In this document: positions 1 through 8,260 of the stretch, one piece after another
How positions within the stretch are numbered: position 1 is the first letter of the stretch
Layout of the letters: every line of letters starts with the position of its first letter
DNA from: an uncultured virus (IMG/VR IMGVR_UViG_3300009509_000019)
Taxonomy: Duplodnaviria > Heunggongvirae > Uroviricota > Caudoviricetes
DNA length: 20,000 nucleotides
IMG/VR virus record: IMGVR_UViG_3300009509_000019
Direction: 5' to 3' (one strand)
The notes under the pieces: generated by a model
Seen by the model: the letters and a program-made list of their open reading frames with translations, nothing else
Databases searched by the model: none
What the model was told of the DNA's origin: nothing
Program-made: the position numbers and the translations under genes

Positions 1-1
1 C

Positions 2-229
2 GTGTTAGTGCTAGTCGCCTTGTTGCTTTGGGTGGGGAACACCACGCAGAATACGGCTGTGTCTGTGGCAGAAATGCGAGTTGAGGTGGCTTACCTCAAG
101 GCCCTTTCTGAATTGCCACCGCCGCAGTTTTTAGAGCTGTCGAAGCGGATGGACGATCAACGCAACCGCATTGACTATTTGGAAGCAAGGCTGGATCAGC
201 TATTGGAGAGAGAAGATGGGAAACGCTAG
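2..229 (+). CDS. 5'-truncated small membrane protein (hydrophobic segment plus coiled coil); possibly lysis-related
   Basis: Frame is open from the window edge. VLVLVALLLWVG is followed by a heptad-like segment (LSKRMDDQRNRIDYLEARLDQLLE). Stop TAG 227-229 overlaps the next gene. The true start is probably upstream. Confidence 0.55.
   Translation: MLVLVALLLWVGNTTQNTAVSVAEMRVEVAYLKALSELPPPQFLELSKRMDDQRNRIDYLEARLDQLLEREDGKR
205..210 (+). promoter_or_regulatory. Shine-Dalgarno site for ATG 216
   Basis: GGAGAG, with the GGAG core 7 nt upstream of ATG at 216-218. Confidence 0.6.
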
Positions 230-575
230 TCAACAGCATAAGCTGGATATCAGAGGGTACAACTCTAGCGGCGGGAGGAAAGCTCTTGCCAAGTACCTGT
301 CTGATTCAGGCACCAATGTCAACGAGGTTGTCATTGAGCTGAACGGGCTGTGGGGAACCGGGGATACTGTTACAGCAACCATCAACATTGGTGCTGGTAA
401 CCTGACGCCCAACTACACGCCCTCTGGTAACGAGGATGCTGTCGCAGCGGCAGCAGGGCTTGCTGCAGCAATCAACGCGCAGGTAGATGTATCAGCCAGC
501 TCGTCCTCGAACATTGTCCGGGCTACGAAAACAACGGCAGGTACTATCAACCTGATTAGCCTTGTTATCTCGTAA
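216..575 (+). CDS. Hypothetical virion structural protein, 119 aa
   Basis: Start moved from 171 to ATG 216 because of the RBS. G/T/A/N-rich beta segments plus an AVAAAAGLAAAINA helix of a type seen in phage structural proteins. Stop overlaps the next start (TAATG 573-577). Confidence 0.7.
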   Translation: MGNASQQHKLDIRGYNSSGGRKALAKYLSDSGTNVNEVVIELNGLWGTGDTVTATINIGAGNLTPNYTPSGNEDAVAAAAGLAAAINAQVDVSASSSSNIVRATKTTAGTINLISLVIS

Positions 576-2494
576 TGCTAATCAAGCTCGCCAACTTTGC
601 TGGGCTTATTCCCAAGGCTGGTGACAGGAATCTTCCTGACAACCATGCCTCTGTTGCGAATAACACCCAGCTCTACTCTGGCGAGGTCAGAGGACTACGC
701 GATCCGCTAAGCGTTGCTGACCTGTCGGCCGAGGTGTTCACCGTCAAGAGGGCGTACCGCCTTAACGACGGCTCGACTTCTATTGCCGATGCTGTTGGTG
801 ACTGGGTTGCGTTTGATGATCCTGATGTCAACTTCGTACGAGGAGCACTGAAGAACGACCAATACGACAGGTACTACGCATCAGGTGGTACACAGGTGCC
901 TGTTGTCAATACTGCTACTGACTGGGCAGCTGGCAATACTCCATACGATCTGGGTGTCCCAGCTCCTGTCAATGCTTTGACAGTAACTGCACCAGCATCA
1001 GGTACTGTTGATGAAACACGAGCGTATGTCTATACGTTCGTTAACACATGGGGCGAGGAGTCAGGCCCGTCACCTGTATCCAATATCGACACTGGCGATA
1101 TTGACGGGACGTGGGTGCTTTCAAACTTCAGTACGGCGTTTTCTGGTACGCCTACCAACCCACGCCCACTTCAATACATTCGTATCTACCGAACCGTTAC
1201 TGGTACGCGCAGCGTTGACTATCGTTTTGTTGCTGAAGTAGCTACGGGTGCAGTTAACCCTTACAACGACACCATCACTGTCGATCAGGTATCGCTCAAT
1301 GAGTCTTTGCCGACGCTGGATAATGCGATGCCGCCATCGGGTCTGCAAGGCATTGTCAACATGCCGAATGGAATTATGGTTGGCTTTGTTGGTCGGGATA
1401 TATATTTTTCTGAGCCTTATCAGCCTCATTCTTGGCCTTTCCAGTATGTTAGGTCGGTAGAGTCTCCCATTGTTGGTATCGGTGTCTACCAGCAAGGTGC
1501 TGTGATCTGCACCACATCCAACCCTTACGTGTGTACGGGTGTTAGTCCGGACACGATGATCTTGTCCAAGCTGGACGATGTCGAACCGTGTCAGAATTTC
1601 CGAAGCATCCTGAATGGTCTTGATGGCGTGATGTACGCCTCCCAGAACGGGATGGTTCTTGTCAATCAGGCGGGTGCTGCTAATGTGACTCAACCTCTTG
1701 TGACTCGCAACGAGTGGAGAGCCGAGTACTTTCCCGGCGACTCCCAGTGCGCTACTGATGGATCAAGAATCCTCAGTTTCTACAACACCAGTTCGGGTTG
1801 GATATTTACGCCGTTCGAGCCGCTTGGCCATCTGGTGACTCTGAGTGGGTTCGCTGATATTGCATCTGTGCAGTCCGATCCGTTCACTGGTGAGGCTTAC
1901 TTCATCTCCCGAGACGTGGTGTTTCTTTGGAATCCAGAGACGACTGTTCCACTGACATATACGTGGAAGTCCAAGGAGTTTGAGCTTCCTTACCCAGTCA
2001 ACATGGGTGCGTATCGCATCCAGTATAAAGATGTCGTGTCTGGTGTGGACTACGATCCGGGGTTTGACTACACAGCGTATAACACATCGAGATTTTCAGC
2101 GTCTTCCATCCCGTTGAGTGATACGCAACGATCAGATTTCAGTGGCAGCCCGTCCTTTTCTACCAGCCCGCTGAACACGTTGAACTTGTATCCGATCAAC
2201 GGCGTTCGTACTGAGACAGGCGTAACCAATTCCCCGCCTGTCATCCAGTGGAAGATGCCGATGGGCGGCAGCCCACTGTACGCAGATTGGACGTCTCTCA
2301 TTGTTCGAGACAACATTTTGCTTCGCATCTACGCTGACGGCGTACTACGATATGAGCAGGAGATTACGAGCAACGACGTGATGCGTTTGCCGAGTGGGTA
2401 CAAAGCAGATAAGTGGCAGATAGAGTTCACTACTGCACAGAACATTTACAACTTCAAGATGGCTGGGACAGCGAAGGAGTTGCGTAAATCGTAA
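575..2494 (+). CDS. Putative podovirus tail nozzle / tail stabilization protein, 639 aa
   Basis: Motifs IKLANFAGLIPK, RAYVYTFVNTWGEESGPSP, IRIYRT, IYFSEPYQPHSWP, YASQNGMV, YTWKSKEF and RLPSGYK..WQIE match my recollection of BPP-1/Bcep22-like podovirus tail proteins with beta-propeller character. It lies directly upstream of the fibre genes. Confidence 0.72.
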   Translation: MLIKLANFAGLIPKAGDRNLPDNHASVANNTQLYSGEVRGLRDPLSVADLSAEVFTVKRAYRLNDGSTSIADAVGDWVAFDDPDVNFVRGALKNDQYDRYYASGGTQVPVVNTATDWAAGNTPYDLGVPAPVNALTVTAPASGTVDETRAYVYTFVNTWGEESGPSPVSNIDTGDIDGTWVLSNFSTAFSGTPTNPRPLQYIRIYRTVTGTRSVDYRFVAEVATGAVNPYNDTITVDQVSLNESLPTLDNAMPPSGLQGIVNMPNGIMVGFVGRDIYFSEPYQPHSWPFQYVRSVESPIVGIGVYQQGAVICTTSNPYVCTGVSPDTMILSKLDDVEPCQNFRSILNGLDGVMYASQNGMVLVNQAGAANVTQPLVTRNEWRAEYFPGDSQCATDGSRILSFYNTSSGWIFTPFEPLGHLVTLSGFADIASVQSDPFTGEAYFISRDVVFLWNPETTVPLTYTWKSKEFELPYPVNMGAYRIQYKDVVSGVDYDPGFDYTAYNTSRFSASSIPLSDTQRSDFSGSPSFSTSPLNTLNLYPINGVRTETGVTNSPPVIQWKMPMGGSPLYADWTSLIVRDNILLRIYADGVLRYEQEITSNDVMRLPSGYKADKWQIEFTTAQNIYNFKMAGTAKELRKS

Positions 2495-3003
2495 TGGCTA
2501 AAGTAACTGCACCAATCTCAATACCAGAACCAGTAGCGGATATTGATTCGCTCTGGCGTACCGCACAGGTATTGAAGGAAGCTGTTGAGGTGCTGCAAGG
2601 CATCCGTGGTAACCGTGCTGCCGTTATTCAGGAAGACCTCGACAATGCGTTAGGCGATCTTGACAAAGTCATTGCAGGTATTGAAGCAGCAGGTGGAGGC
2701 GCTACCTCGCTAACTGAATTGACTGACGTTGTTGATACTTTCACTGGCCTGACTGATGGGCAAGTATTAACGTATGACGTGACCAATGGTTGGCAGAATG
2801 AAACAAACGACCCCAATGCAACGCATACGGGGGAAGTAACTGGGTCATTAGCACTGACCGTGGATGTTAGTTCTATCACTAATAGAACAGCGGTAACTGA
2901 AGTGTCCGAGAGCGGCACGGACGATGTAGCGTTGCATGATGCAACTGACGGGACGCTCAAAAAGAGCCCGGTTAATTTAATTACTGATGGTGGATACTTC
3001 TAA
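2494..3003 (+). CDS. Proximal tail-fibre / fibre adaptor protein, 169 aa
   Basis: N-terminal helix LKEAVEVLQGIRG, the common fibre motif LTELTDV..LTDGQVLTYD..WQN, then THTGEVTGS, HDATDGTLKK and C-terminal DGGYF. TAATG overlaps at both ends. Confidence 0.75.
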   Translation: MAKVTAPISIPEPVADIDSLWRTAQVLKEAVEVLQGIRGNRAAVIQEDLDNALGDLDKVIAGIEAAGGGATSLTELTDVVDTFTGLTDGQVLTYDVTNGWQNETNDPNATHTGEVTGSLALTVDVSSITNRTAVTEVSESGTDDVALHDATDGTLKKSPVNLITDGGYF

Positions 3004-5066
3004 TGGCTAACACAATCCGGATCAAACGATCTGTTTCGACAAACACGCCTGCTAGCTTGGCACAGGGAGAGCTGGCGTATTCTGAATCCGGTTCGCCTAA
3101 TGGTATCGGTGAACTGTTTATTGGTGTTGCAGGGCCGGGTGTACAGAAGCTCATCACCCTGACAGGTGCCGCTGCCGCTGAGCCGAACGATCCAGCACAG
3201 GACAACCAGACGATTACGACTGGGCTGGGTATCGACGGAGCTGATGCCGGTACAACTGGTAACGTCACGTTGTCGTTGGCTACGACGGAACTAACCAACA
3301 CTGCACCAGTTGCCGCTGACCAGTTTGTATTCAATGATGCTACTGACGAGCTTCCAAAGAAGCAGGTGGCTAGCAGTGTCCCCCTGTCGATTTTCAATAA
3401 CGACTCTGCGTGGACATCTGACGTTGAAGCTATCCACGGCAACTGGAACTTCAGCACGACTACCACAGCTGCTGATCCGGGTTCGGGTAACCTGCGCTTC
3501 AACAGCGCCACACCTGCGAGTGTCACAGCCATTTATGTTGATGACCTGCAGAACGATACCACCAGTGCTGGCTGGCTTACTGACAACATTGCCATTGGTG
3601 ATGTTCTTACGATCAGGGCAGTCGGTGATCCCGGTGATTACCTGATCGCTGAAGTCACCAGTGTTACTGACAACACCGGCTGGTGGACTTACGGCGTCAC
3701 TATTCTTGGTAGCGGGACGCTCCCGGCTAACGCCGCTGCTATCCAGCTCGACGTACAATGGTTGAGTCAGGCCCCGGGTACAGTTACTTCCGTCACCGCA
3801 AGCACGGGTCTGGTGGACACGGGTACCGCCAGTGCGCCAATCATCGCTGTTGACTACGCTGGTACTAACAACTTCATTGATTCGGCAACGAACCTTGAGG
3901 GTACCGCAATCGCCCTTGGCGATACGCTTGCCTATCACGACGCTACTGACAACAACGTCAAGAAGGGTTTTTTCTCTGACCTGCCCTTTCTGACTGCTGA
4001 GGCGGATACTCTCGCTACTGTCACTGGCAGGGGCGCAACGACCTCGACTGCCAGCACGTTCAGCGGCGGCCTCAACATGGCCGACAGCGATCTGAACCGC
4101 CCAGTTCTGGAAGACTACGGCGTCAAGCATCAGGCCCCGACAGTTTCTGCAAACGCAGTTACTGTTGACTTCACGTTGGGCAACTCTGTCCTGATTGACA
4201 TGGATCCAGCGACGGCTGCAGTCACGCTTACGCTGAGCAACCCGCCAGCGTCAGGAACGTACGGAGAAGTCAACCTCGCCATTGTCATGGGCACGCCAGC
4301 TTACGGCATCACATGGCCGGGTAGCGTTACGTGGCTGAATGGCGGCACTGCACCCACACTGACCACGACCAATAACGTGGTCGATCTTATTCATCTGTTC
4401 ACTGTTGATGGTGGCACTACGTACTACGGTACGTACTCGCTCGCTGCCGCTGCAGGCGGACAGGCCAATCAGACCATCACGACTGGTCTTGGTATCGACG
4501 GTGCTGATGCTGGTTCTGCTGGCAACATCACGATCTCGCTGGCTACTACTGAGCTGACAAATACTGCGCCAGTAGCAGCAGACCAACTGGTCTTTAATGA
4601 TGGTACGGATGAGCTGCCTAAGAAGCAGGCATTCAGTTCTGTTGACCTGAGTTTGTTCAGCAACACCACATCTGATTTCGCAACCGTAACGTATGTGGAT
4701 AACGCTGTAACCGGTGCCTTGATATATAAGGGCGGGTATAACGCAGCCACCAACACGCCAGATCTTGACGTCACTCCTTCCGGTGTAGTCAAAGGTGACA
4801 CTTATACAGTTACGGCAGCGGGTAACTTCTTTACTGAAGCCGTGCAGGTTGGCGACATGCTGGTTGCTGAAGTTGACAGTGCCTCCACGCTTGCAGACTG
4901 GACTGTTGTCAACAAGAACATCCCTGATATCGTCGATGCCTCGGAAACTGCGAAAGGCATCATCGAGATTGCAACGCAGGCTGAGGTCGATGCCGCCAGT
5001 TCAACCGTGCTGGCTGTTGTACCGAACTATCTCCACAACACGACCTTCGATGGTGGCACTTTCTAG
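3003..5066 (+). CDS. Tail fibre protein (middle segment), 687 aa
   Basis: N-terminal MANTIRIKRS..P..LAQGELA resembles the T4 gp37 N-terminus. T/A/G-rich with a 66-aa internal duplication, a YKGGYNAATNTP..GD.Y.V module, a T4 gp34-like repeat ASETAKGIIEIATQAEV and C-terminal DGGTF. Confidence 0.88.
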   Translation: MANTIRIKRSVSTNTPASLAQGELAYSESGSPNGIGELFIGVAGPGVQKLITLTGAAAAEPNDPAQDNQTITTGLGIDGADAGTTGNVTLSLATTELTNTAPVAADQFVFNDATDELPKKQVASSVPLSIFNNDSAWTSDVEAIHGNWNFSTTTTAADPGSGNLRFNSATPASVTAIYVDDLQNDTTSAGWLTDNIAIGDVLTIRAVGDPGDYLIAEVTSVTDNTGWWTYGVTILGSGTLPANAAAIQLDVQWLSQAPGTVTSVTASTGLVDTGTASAPIIAVDYAGTNNFIDSATNLEGTAIALGDTLAYHDATDNNVKKGFFSDLPFLTAEADTLATVTGRGATTSTASTFSGGLNMADSDLNRPVLEDYGVKHQAPTVSANAVTVDFTLGNSVLIDMDPATAAVTLTLSNPPASGTYGEVNLAIVMGTPAYGITWPGSVTWLNGGTAPTLTTTNNVVDLIHLFTVDGGTTYYGTYSLAAAAGGQANQTITTGLGIDGADAGSAGNITISLATTELTNTAPVAADQLVFNDGTDELPKKQAFSSVDLSLFSNTTSDFATVTYVDNAVTGALIYKGGYNAATNTPDLDVTPSGVVKGDTYTVTAAGNFFTEAVQVGDMLVAEVDSASTLADWTVVNKNIPDIVDASETAKGIIEIATQAEVDAASSTVLAVVPNYLHNTTFDGGTF
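3204..4664 (+). repeat. Intragenic duplication: two 66-codon copies at 3204-3401 and 4467-4664
   Basis: NQTITTGLGIDGADAG...TELTNTAPVAADQ.VFND.TDELPKKQ..SSV.LS.F.N occurs twice, with 55/66 residues identical by manual alignment and many synonymous differences. Confidence 0.95.
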
Positions 5067-6598
5067 TGGCAAACACGATACTTCTTAAGCGAAGTTCAAC
5101 GACAACTAACGTACCCACTGCTGGGGAGTTGTCGCAAGGCGAGCTTGCAATCAATACGGCAGACGAGCGGCTGTTCTCCAAGAACAGCAGCAATGTCGTG
5201 TTTGAGATTACTGACCACGACAACCTGACAAACTACGTCGCCAACGAGCACATCGACTGGACGAGCACTACCGCAAGCCTTAGCACTAGCGGGACAATTT
5301 CTGGTGTAAACGTCACCAGCGGCTCTGATCCGGGCCATACACATACCGCCTACGCTGCTTCGTCGCATACACATACATTCGATAGCCTGACCAGCAAGAC
5401 CTCAGGTACTGGCAACTACCAGACTACCGGCGACATGATCGCTGACAACTTCGAGGCGACTGGCCTTGGCCCCAACTCCACGCCGGGTACGGATGACCTG
5501 TATATCGGCGGCTACGGTATTCTCGGTGACAGGGCAACAGCCGTGTACGTCTCGAACGTAAGCGGCCCAGTCGTCCTGAACCATACCGGCGTTCACAACA
5601 CCAACACAAAGCTGGCGACTACCAGTACCGGCGTCACTGTCACCGGCACGATGGCAGCGACGACTGTTACAGGTGCGAACGTCACAAGCGGTTCCGACCC
5701 CGGCCACACGCATAGCGCCTACCTGACTGGCAACCAGACAATCACGCTGTCTGGGGATGTCACTGGGTCTGGTGCCACGGCAATCACGACTACGATTGCT
5801 GCTGGCTCCGTTGACATCGCCATGCTGTCGGCCACAGGTACCCCGAGCTCCAGCACGTATCTGCGGGGCGACAATACGTGGGCTACGATTGCTGGTGGCG
5901 GCACTGTGACAAGCGTTGCTGCCGGTAATGGTATGAGCTTCACGACCATTACCACGACGGGCAGCGTGACAATGGGTACGCCGAGCACGTTGACTGCCTC
6001 GACTACCAACGGAGTTACGGCTACCAGTCACACTCATGCGATTACGACAACGGGTACGGGTACGATTGTAGCGAGCACTTCGCCCACGTTCGTAACGAAG
6101 TCTACGCACGACACCATTTTCCTGAATGAACGCGCATCGGCTACTACTGACGTCGCTGGCGATGGTCAGCTCTGGGTCAAGAGCAACGCGCCGAATGACC
6201 TGTACTTCACCACGGACAACGGGCTTGATTACCCAGTTGCTTATGCTCGCTACCGTGTCACCGCAGACACGACGCTTGACGGGGCTAACGTTTCCGAAAC
6301 GCTGGGGGTACAGCATATCAATGGCTGCTGGTATTCAGACAATGCCACGGCTTACACGCTGACCTTGCAAGCTAACACTGTAACGACGTTCCCCGTTGGC
6401 GCTCAAATGACAATATGGAACGAGGGGACGGGCACACTAACGATCACTGAGGGATCACTTACAACGCTGTATGTCCTCACTGGCAGTGCTGTTACGGATG
6501 CGGCCGGTAGCGCAACGATGGCTCAAGGCGGCTATGCCACACTGATCCGCAAGAGCACCACCGTATACTTGCTGATGGGTGCAGGTATTACTCCATGA
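5066..6598 (+). CDS. Tail fibre protein (distal segment), 510 aa, GTG start
   Basis: N-terminal MANTILLKRS..VPTAGELSQGELAINTADERLFSK is gp37-like. Thr-rich shaft with four HTH tripeptides, SGDVTGSG and TYLRGDNTW fibre motifs, and a C-terminal beta domain (FPVGAQMTIWNEGTGTLTI...YATLIRKSTTVYLLMG). TAGTG overlap at 5064-5068. Confidence 0.88.
   Translation: MANTILLKRSSTTTNVPTAGELSQGELAINTADERLFSKNSSNVVFEITDHDNLTNYVANEHIDWTSTTASLSTSGTISGVNVTSGSDPGHTHTAYAASSHTHTFDSLTSKTSGTGNYQTTGDMIADNFEATGLGPNSTPGTDDLYIGGYGILGDRATAVYVSNVSGPVVLNHTGVHNTNTKLATTSTGVTVTGTMAATTVTGANVTSGSDPGHTHSAYLTGNQTITLSGDVTGSGATAITTTIAAGSVDIAMLSATGTPSSSTYLRGDNTWATIAGGGTVTSVAAGNGMSFTTITTTGSVTMGTPSTLTASTTNGVTATSHTHAITTTGTGTIVASTSPTFVTKSTHDTIFLNERASATTDVAGDGQLWVKSNAPNDLYFTTDNGLDYPVAYARYRVTADTTLDGANVSETLGVQHINGCWYSDNATAYTLTLQANTVTTFPVGAQMTIWNEGTGTLTITEGSLTTLYVLTGSAVTDAAGSATMAQGGYATLIRKSTTVYLLMGAGITP
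5309..5722 (+). repeat. Intragenic 15-codon repeat NVTSGSDPGHTH[T/S]AY at 5309-5353 and 5678-5722
   Basis: 14/15 residues identical, read directly from the sequence. Confidence 0.9.
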
Positions 6599-7050
6599 GT
6601 CCGGGCCCACTTCATCCTGTTGGTTTCTGGGCACCCGTTGGGGGTGACACCATTAACCTTACTGCCACCCAATGTTTTGCTGACGGCACTGGCGGCCCAA
6701 TTACAGCCGAGATCAGTTGCTATCGTGCAACCCATTCAACCAGACCGGGTGAAGTATGGGCCGATGACAACGGGATGTATTACCAGTACGACATCGTTAC
6801 ACCCGTAGCAAATGCAGGAAACTACCAGATGAAATGGGAGCCTTTATCTGGTAGCAATCCTTATGGCGGGACAGCTCAATCAACTTGGGTTGATCTTAGC
6901 ACTACTGATTTTTGGGTGTACTGGCGGCTGGGTTCTGGGCCGGGTACTACAACAGGGGCGATCACTGTTTATATTCGGGAAGGCACAGGGCCTACTTTGA
7001 CTACGGCTACATGGGACGGAGAGGTTGTTCTCTCTGGTAAGGGCAAGTAA
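6595..7050 (+). CDS. Beta-rich fibre-associated protein, paralog A (putative tip adhesin), 151 aa
   Basis: ATGA overlap with the fibre gene. W/Y/T/G-rich and a clear paralog of 7050-7511 (GDTINL, CYRA.HSTR.GEVW, STTDF.V.WRLG.GPGTTTG, LSGKGK-stop). The function is inferred from position. Confidence 0.75.
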   Translation: MSPGPLHPVGFWAPVGGDTINLTATQCFADGTGGPITAEISCYRATHSTRPGEVWADDNGMYYQYDIVTPVANAGNYQMKWEPLSGSNPYGGTAQSTWVDLSTTDFWVYWRLGSGPGTTTGAITVYIREGTGPTLTTATWDGEVVLSGKGK

Positions 7051-7511
7051 TGGGACTAATAGCAGGCGGGTTTTACGTTCAGGGTGGTGGCACGGGTGAC
7101 ACCATCAATTTGCAGGACACTGGTACAAGCACTGATACTTCAGGCGGGCCCGCCACGGCTGCAATCACTTGTTATCGTGCAAACCACTCAACGCGAGCAG
7201 GCGAGGTGTGGAACGAAGATAACGGTGAACTGTTTGCTTACGACCTTGTTACGCCCTCTGAGAACTCAGGTTCTTATCAGCTCAAATGGGATCAGCTGTC
7301 TGGTACTGCACCTTATGGCCCTAGTTCTTCAACTGAGGCTACTTGGATCGACATTAGCACTACTGATTTTGTTGTGACTTGGCGACTCGGCACCGGGCCG
7401 GGTACTACAACGGGCTCTGTAACTGTCAGTATGCGCGTTGGCACAAACCCGTCCATCATCAAGACTGCGGTATGGGATGGTTCTGTTACCCTTTCTGGTA
7501 AGGGCAAATGA
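7050..7511 (+). CDS. Beta-rich fibre-associated protein, paralog B (putative tip adhesin), 153 aa
   Basis: TAATG overlap. Roughly half the residues are identical to paralog A, with a different N-terminal leader and the same C-terminal LSGKGK. Confidence 0.75.
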   Translation: MGLIAGGFYVQGGGTGDTINLQDTGTSTDTSGGPATAAITCYRANHSTRAGEVWNEDNGELFAYDLVTPSENSGSYQLKWDQLSGTAPYGPSSSTEATWIDISTTDFVVTWRLGTGPGTTTGSVTVSMRVGTNPSIIKTAVWDGSVTLSGKGK

Positions 7512-8260
7512 TTCTATCGCGCAGCAAAAAATTCATCTTCTTCCGGGTGGCCAAGACTGGCAGCACCACGGCGGAGGTTATGCTGCGCATGTCTAATGCT
7601 TTCGATCTCAGTCAGGACACATTAACAGGCACCCGAGATTGGAGTTTCCCTACTGTAAATCGCATACCTCAAAGGTATCCTGATCCAGAAGGGTTGTTTG
7701 AGTGGCCCCATGCTCGACCGATAGACCTTATCAAGCTGGGCGTAATGACTTTGGAGGAGCTGCGTGAATATGATTGTTACGCATTTCTCCGACCAACGGG
7801 TGCTCGGTTTGTATCTGGGTACTTGCATAACACACGTACTACCCGCTGGCGAAAGTGGCGCGGTGAGTATGGGTTTGAGCCAGAGCAATTCATGAAACGC
7901 TGGCGGGAAGACCATGACCACTTTTCCGCGTGGGACATTATTGGCAGGCCACAGACGGAATGGTTCTTTGTCGATGGAGAGCAGCTCGTTACTCCGTTGG
8001 ACTTCGAGAACTACGAGGAGGAACTCAAGAACCTGATCCGTAAAGTTGGTGGGTATGAGTTTGCAGAGATACCCAAGCTCAATACCGCATGGCAGATACG
8101 AGAGGCGGAGGACAAGCGTAAAGGCTGGGCAAGAGCTATTTGGGATACCTACCCAGAAGTACGTGAAGAAGCTATGGAGCGGTACAAAGAGGACATCCGC
8201 TTCTACGAGGAGAACTTTGGTGAACACCCAGATCATCACAGACTTCATAAGTGCGCCTGA
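7508..8260 (+). CDS. Sulfotransferase family protein (Sulfotransfer_2-like, PAPS-dependent), 250 aa
   Basis: MILSRSKKFIFFRVAKTGSTT fits the 5'-PSB loop (consensus FIFxHxPKTxxTS). YAFLRPTGARFVSGY fits the 3'-PB motif R-x4-R-x2-S. Also FENYEEEL, PKLN and YKEDIRFY, typical of the C-terminal half. Confidence 0.85.
   Translation: MILSRSKKFIFFRVAKTGSTTAEVMLRMSNAFDLSQDTLTGTRDWSFPTVNRIPQRYPDPEGLFEWPHARPIDLIKLGVMTLEELREYDCYAFLRPTGARFVSGYLHNTRTTRWRKWRGEYGFEPEQFMKRWREDHDHFSAWDIIGRPQTEWFFVDGEQLVTPLDFENYEEELKNLIRKVGGYEFAEIPKLNTAWQIREAEDKRKGWARAIWDTYPEVREEAMERYKEDIRFYEENFGEHPDHHRLHKCA
8207..8212 (+). promoter_or_regulatory. Shine-Dalgarno site for GTG 8220
   Basis: GAGGAG 7 nt upstream of GTG at 8220-8222. 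Confidence 0.6.

Noticed and set aside
171..215. TTG start at 171 for the second gene
   Set aside because: ATG 216 has a GGAG RBS and a much shorter overlap with the upstream gene.
6595..7511. Diversity-generating retroelement TR/VR pair, suggested by the BPP-1-like context and the duplicated genes
   Set aside because: Differences between the copies involve all four bases plus indels rather than adenine-specific changes, both copies are full genes, and no reverse transcriptase is in the window.
8046..8219. N-terminal extension of the oxygenase given in the ORF track
   Set aside because: It would overlap the sulfotransferase by over 200 nt. GTG 8220 has a GAGGAG RBS and coincides with the start of the family motif.
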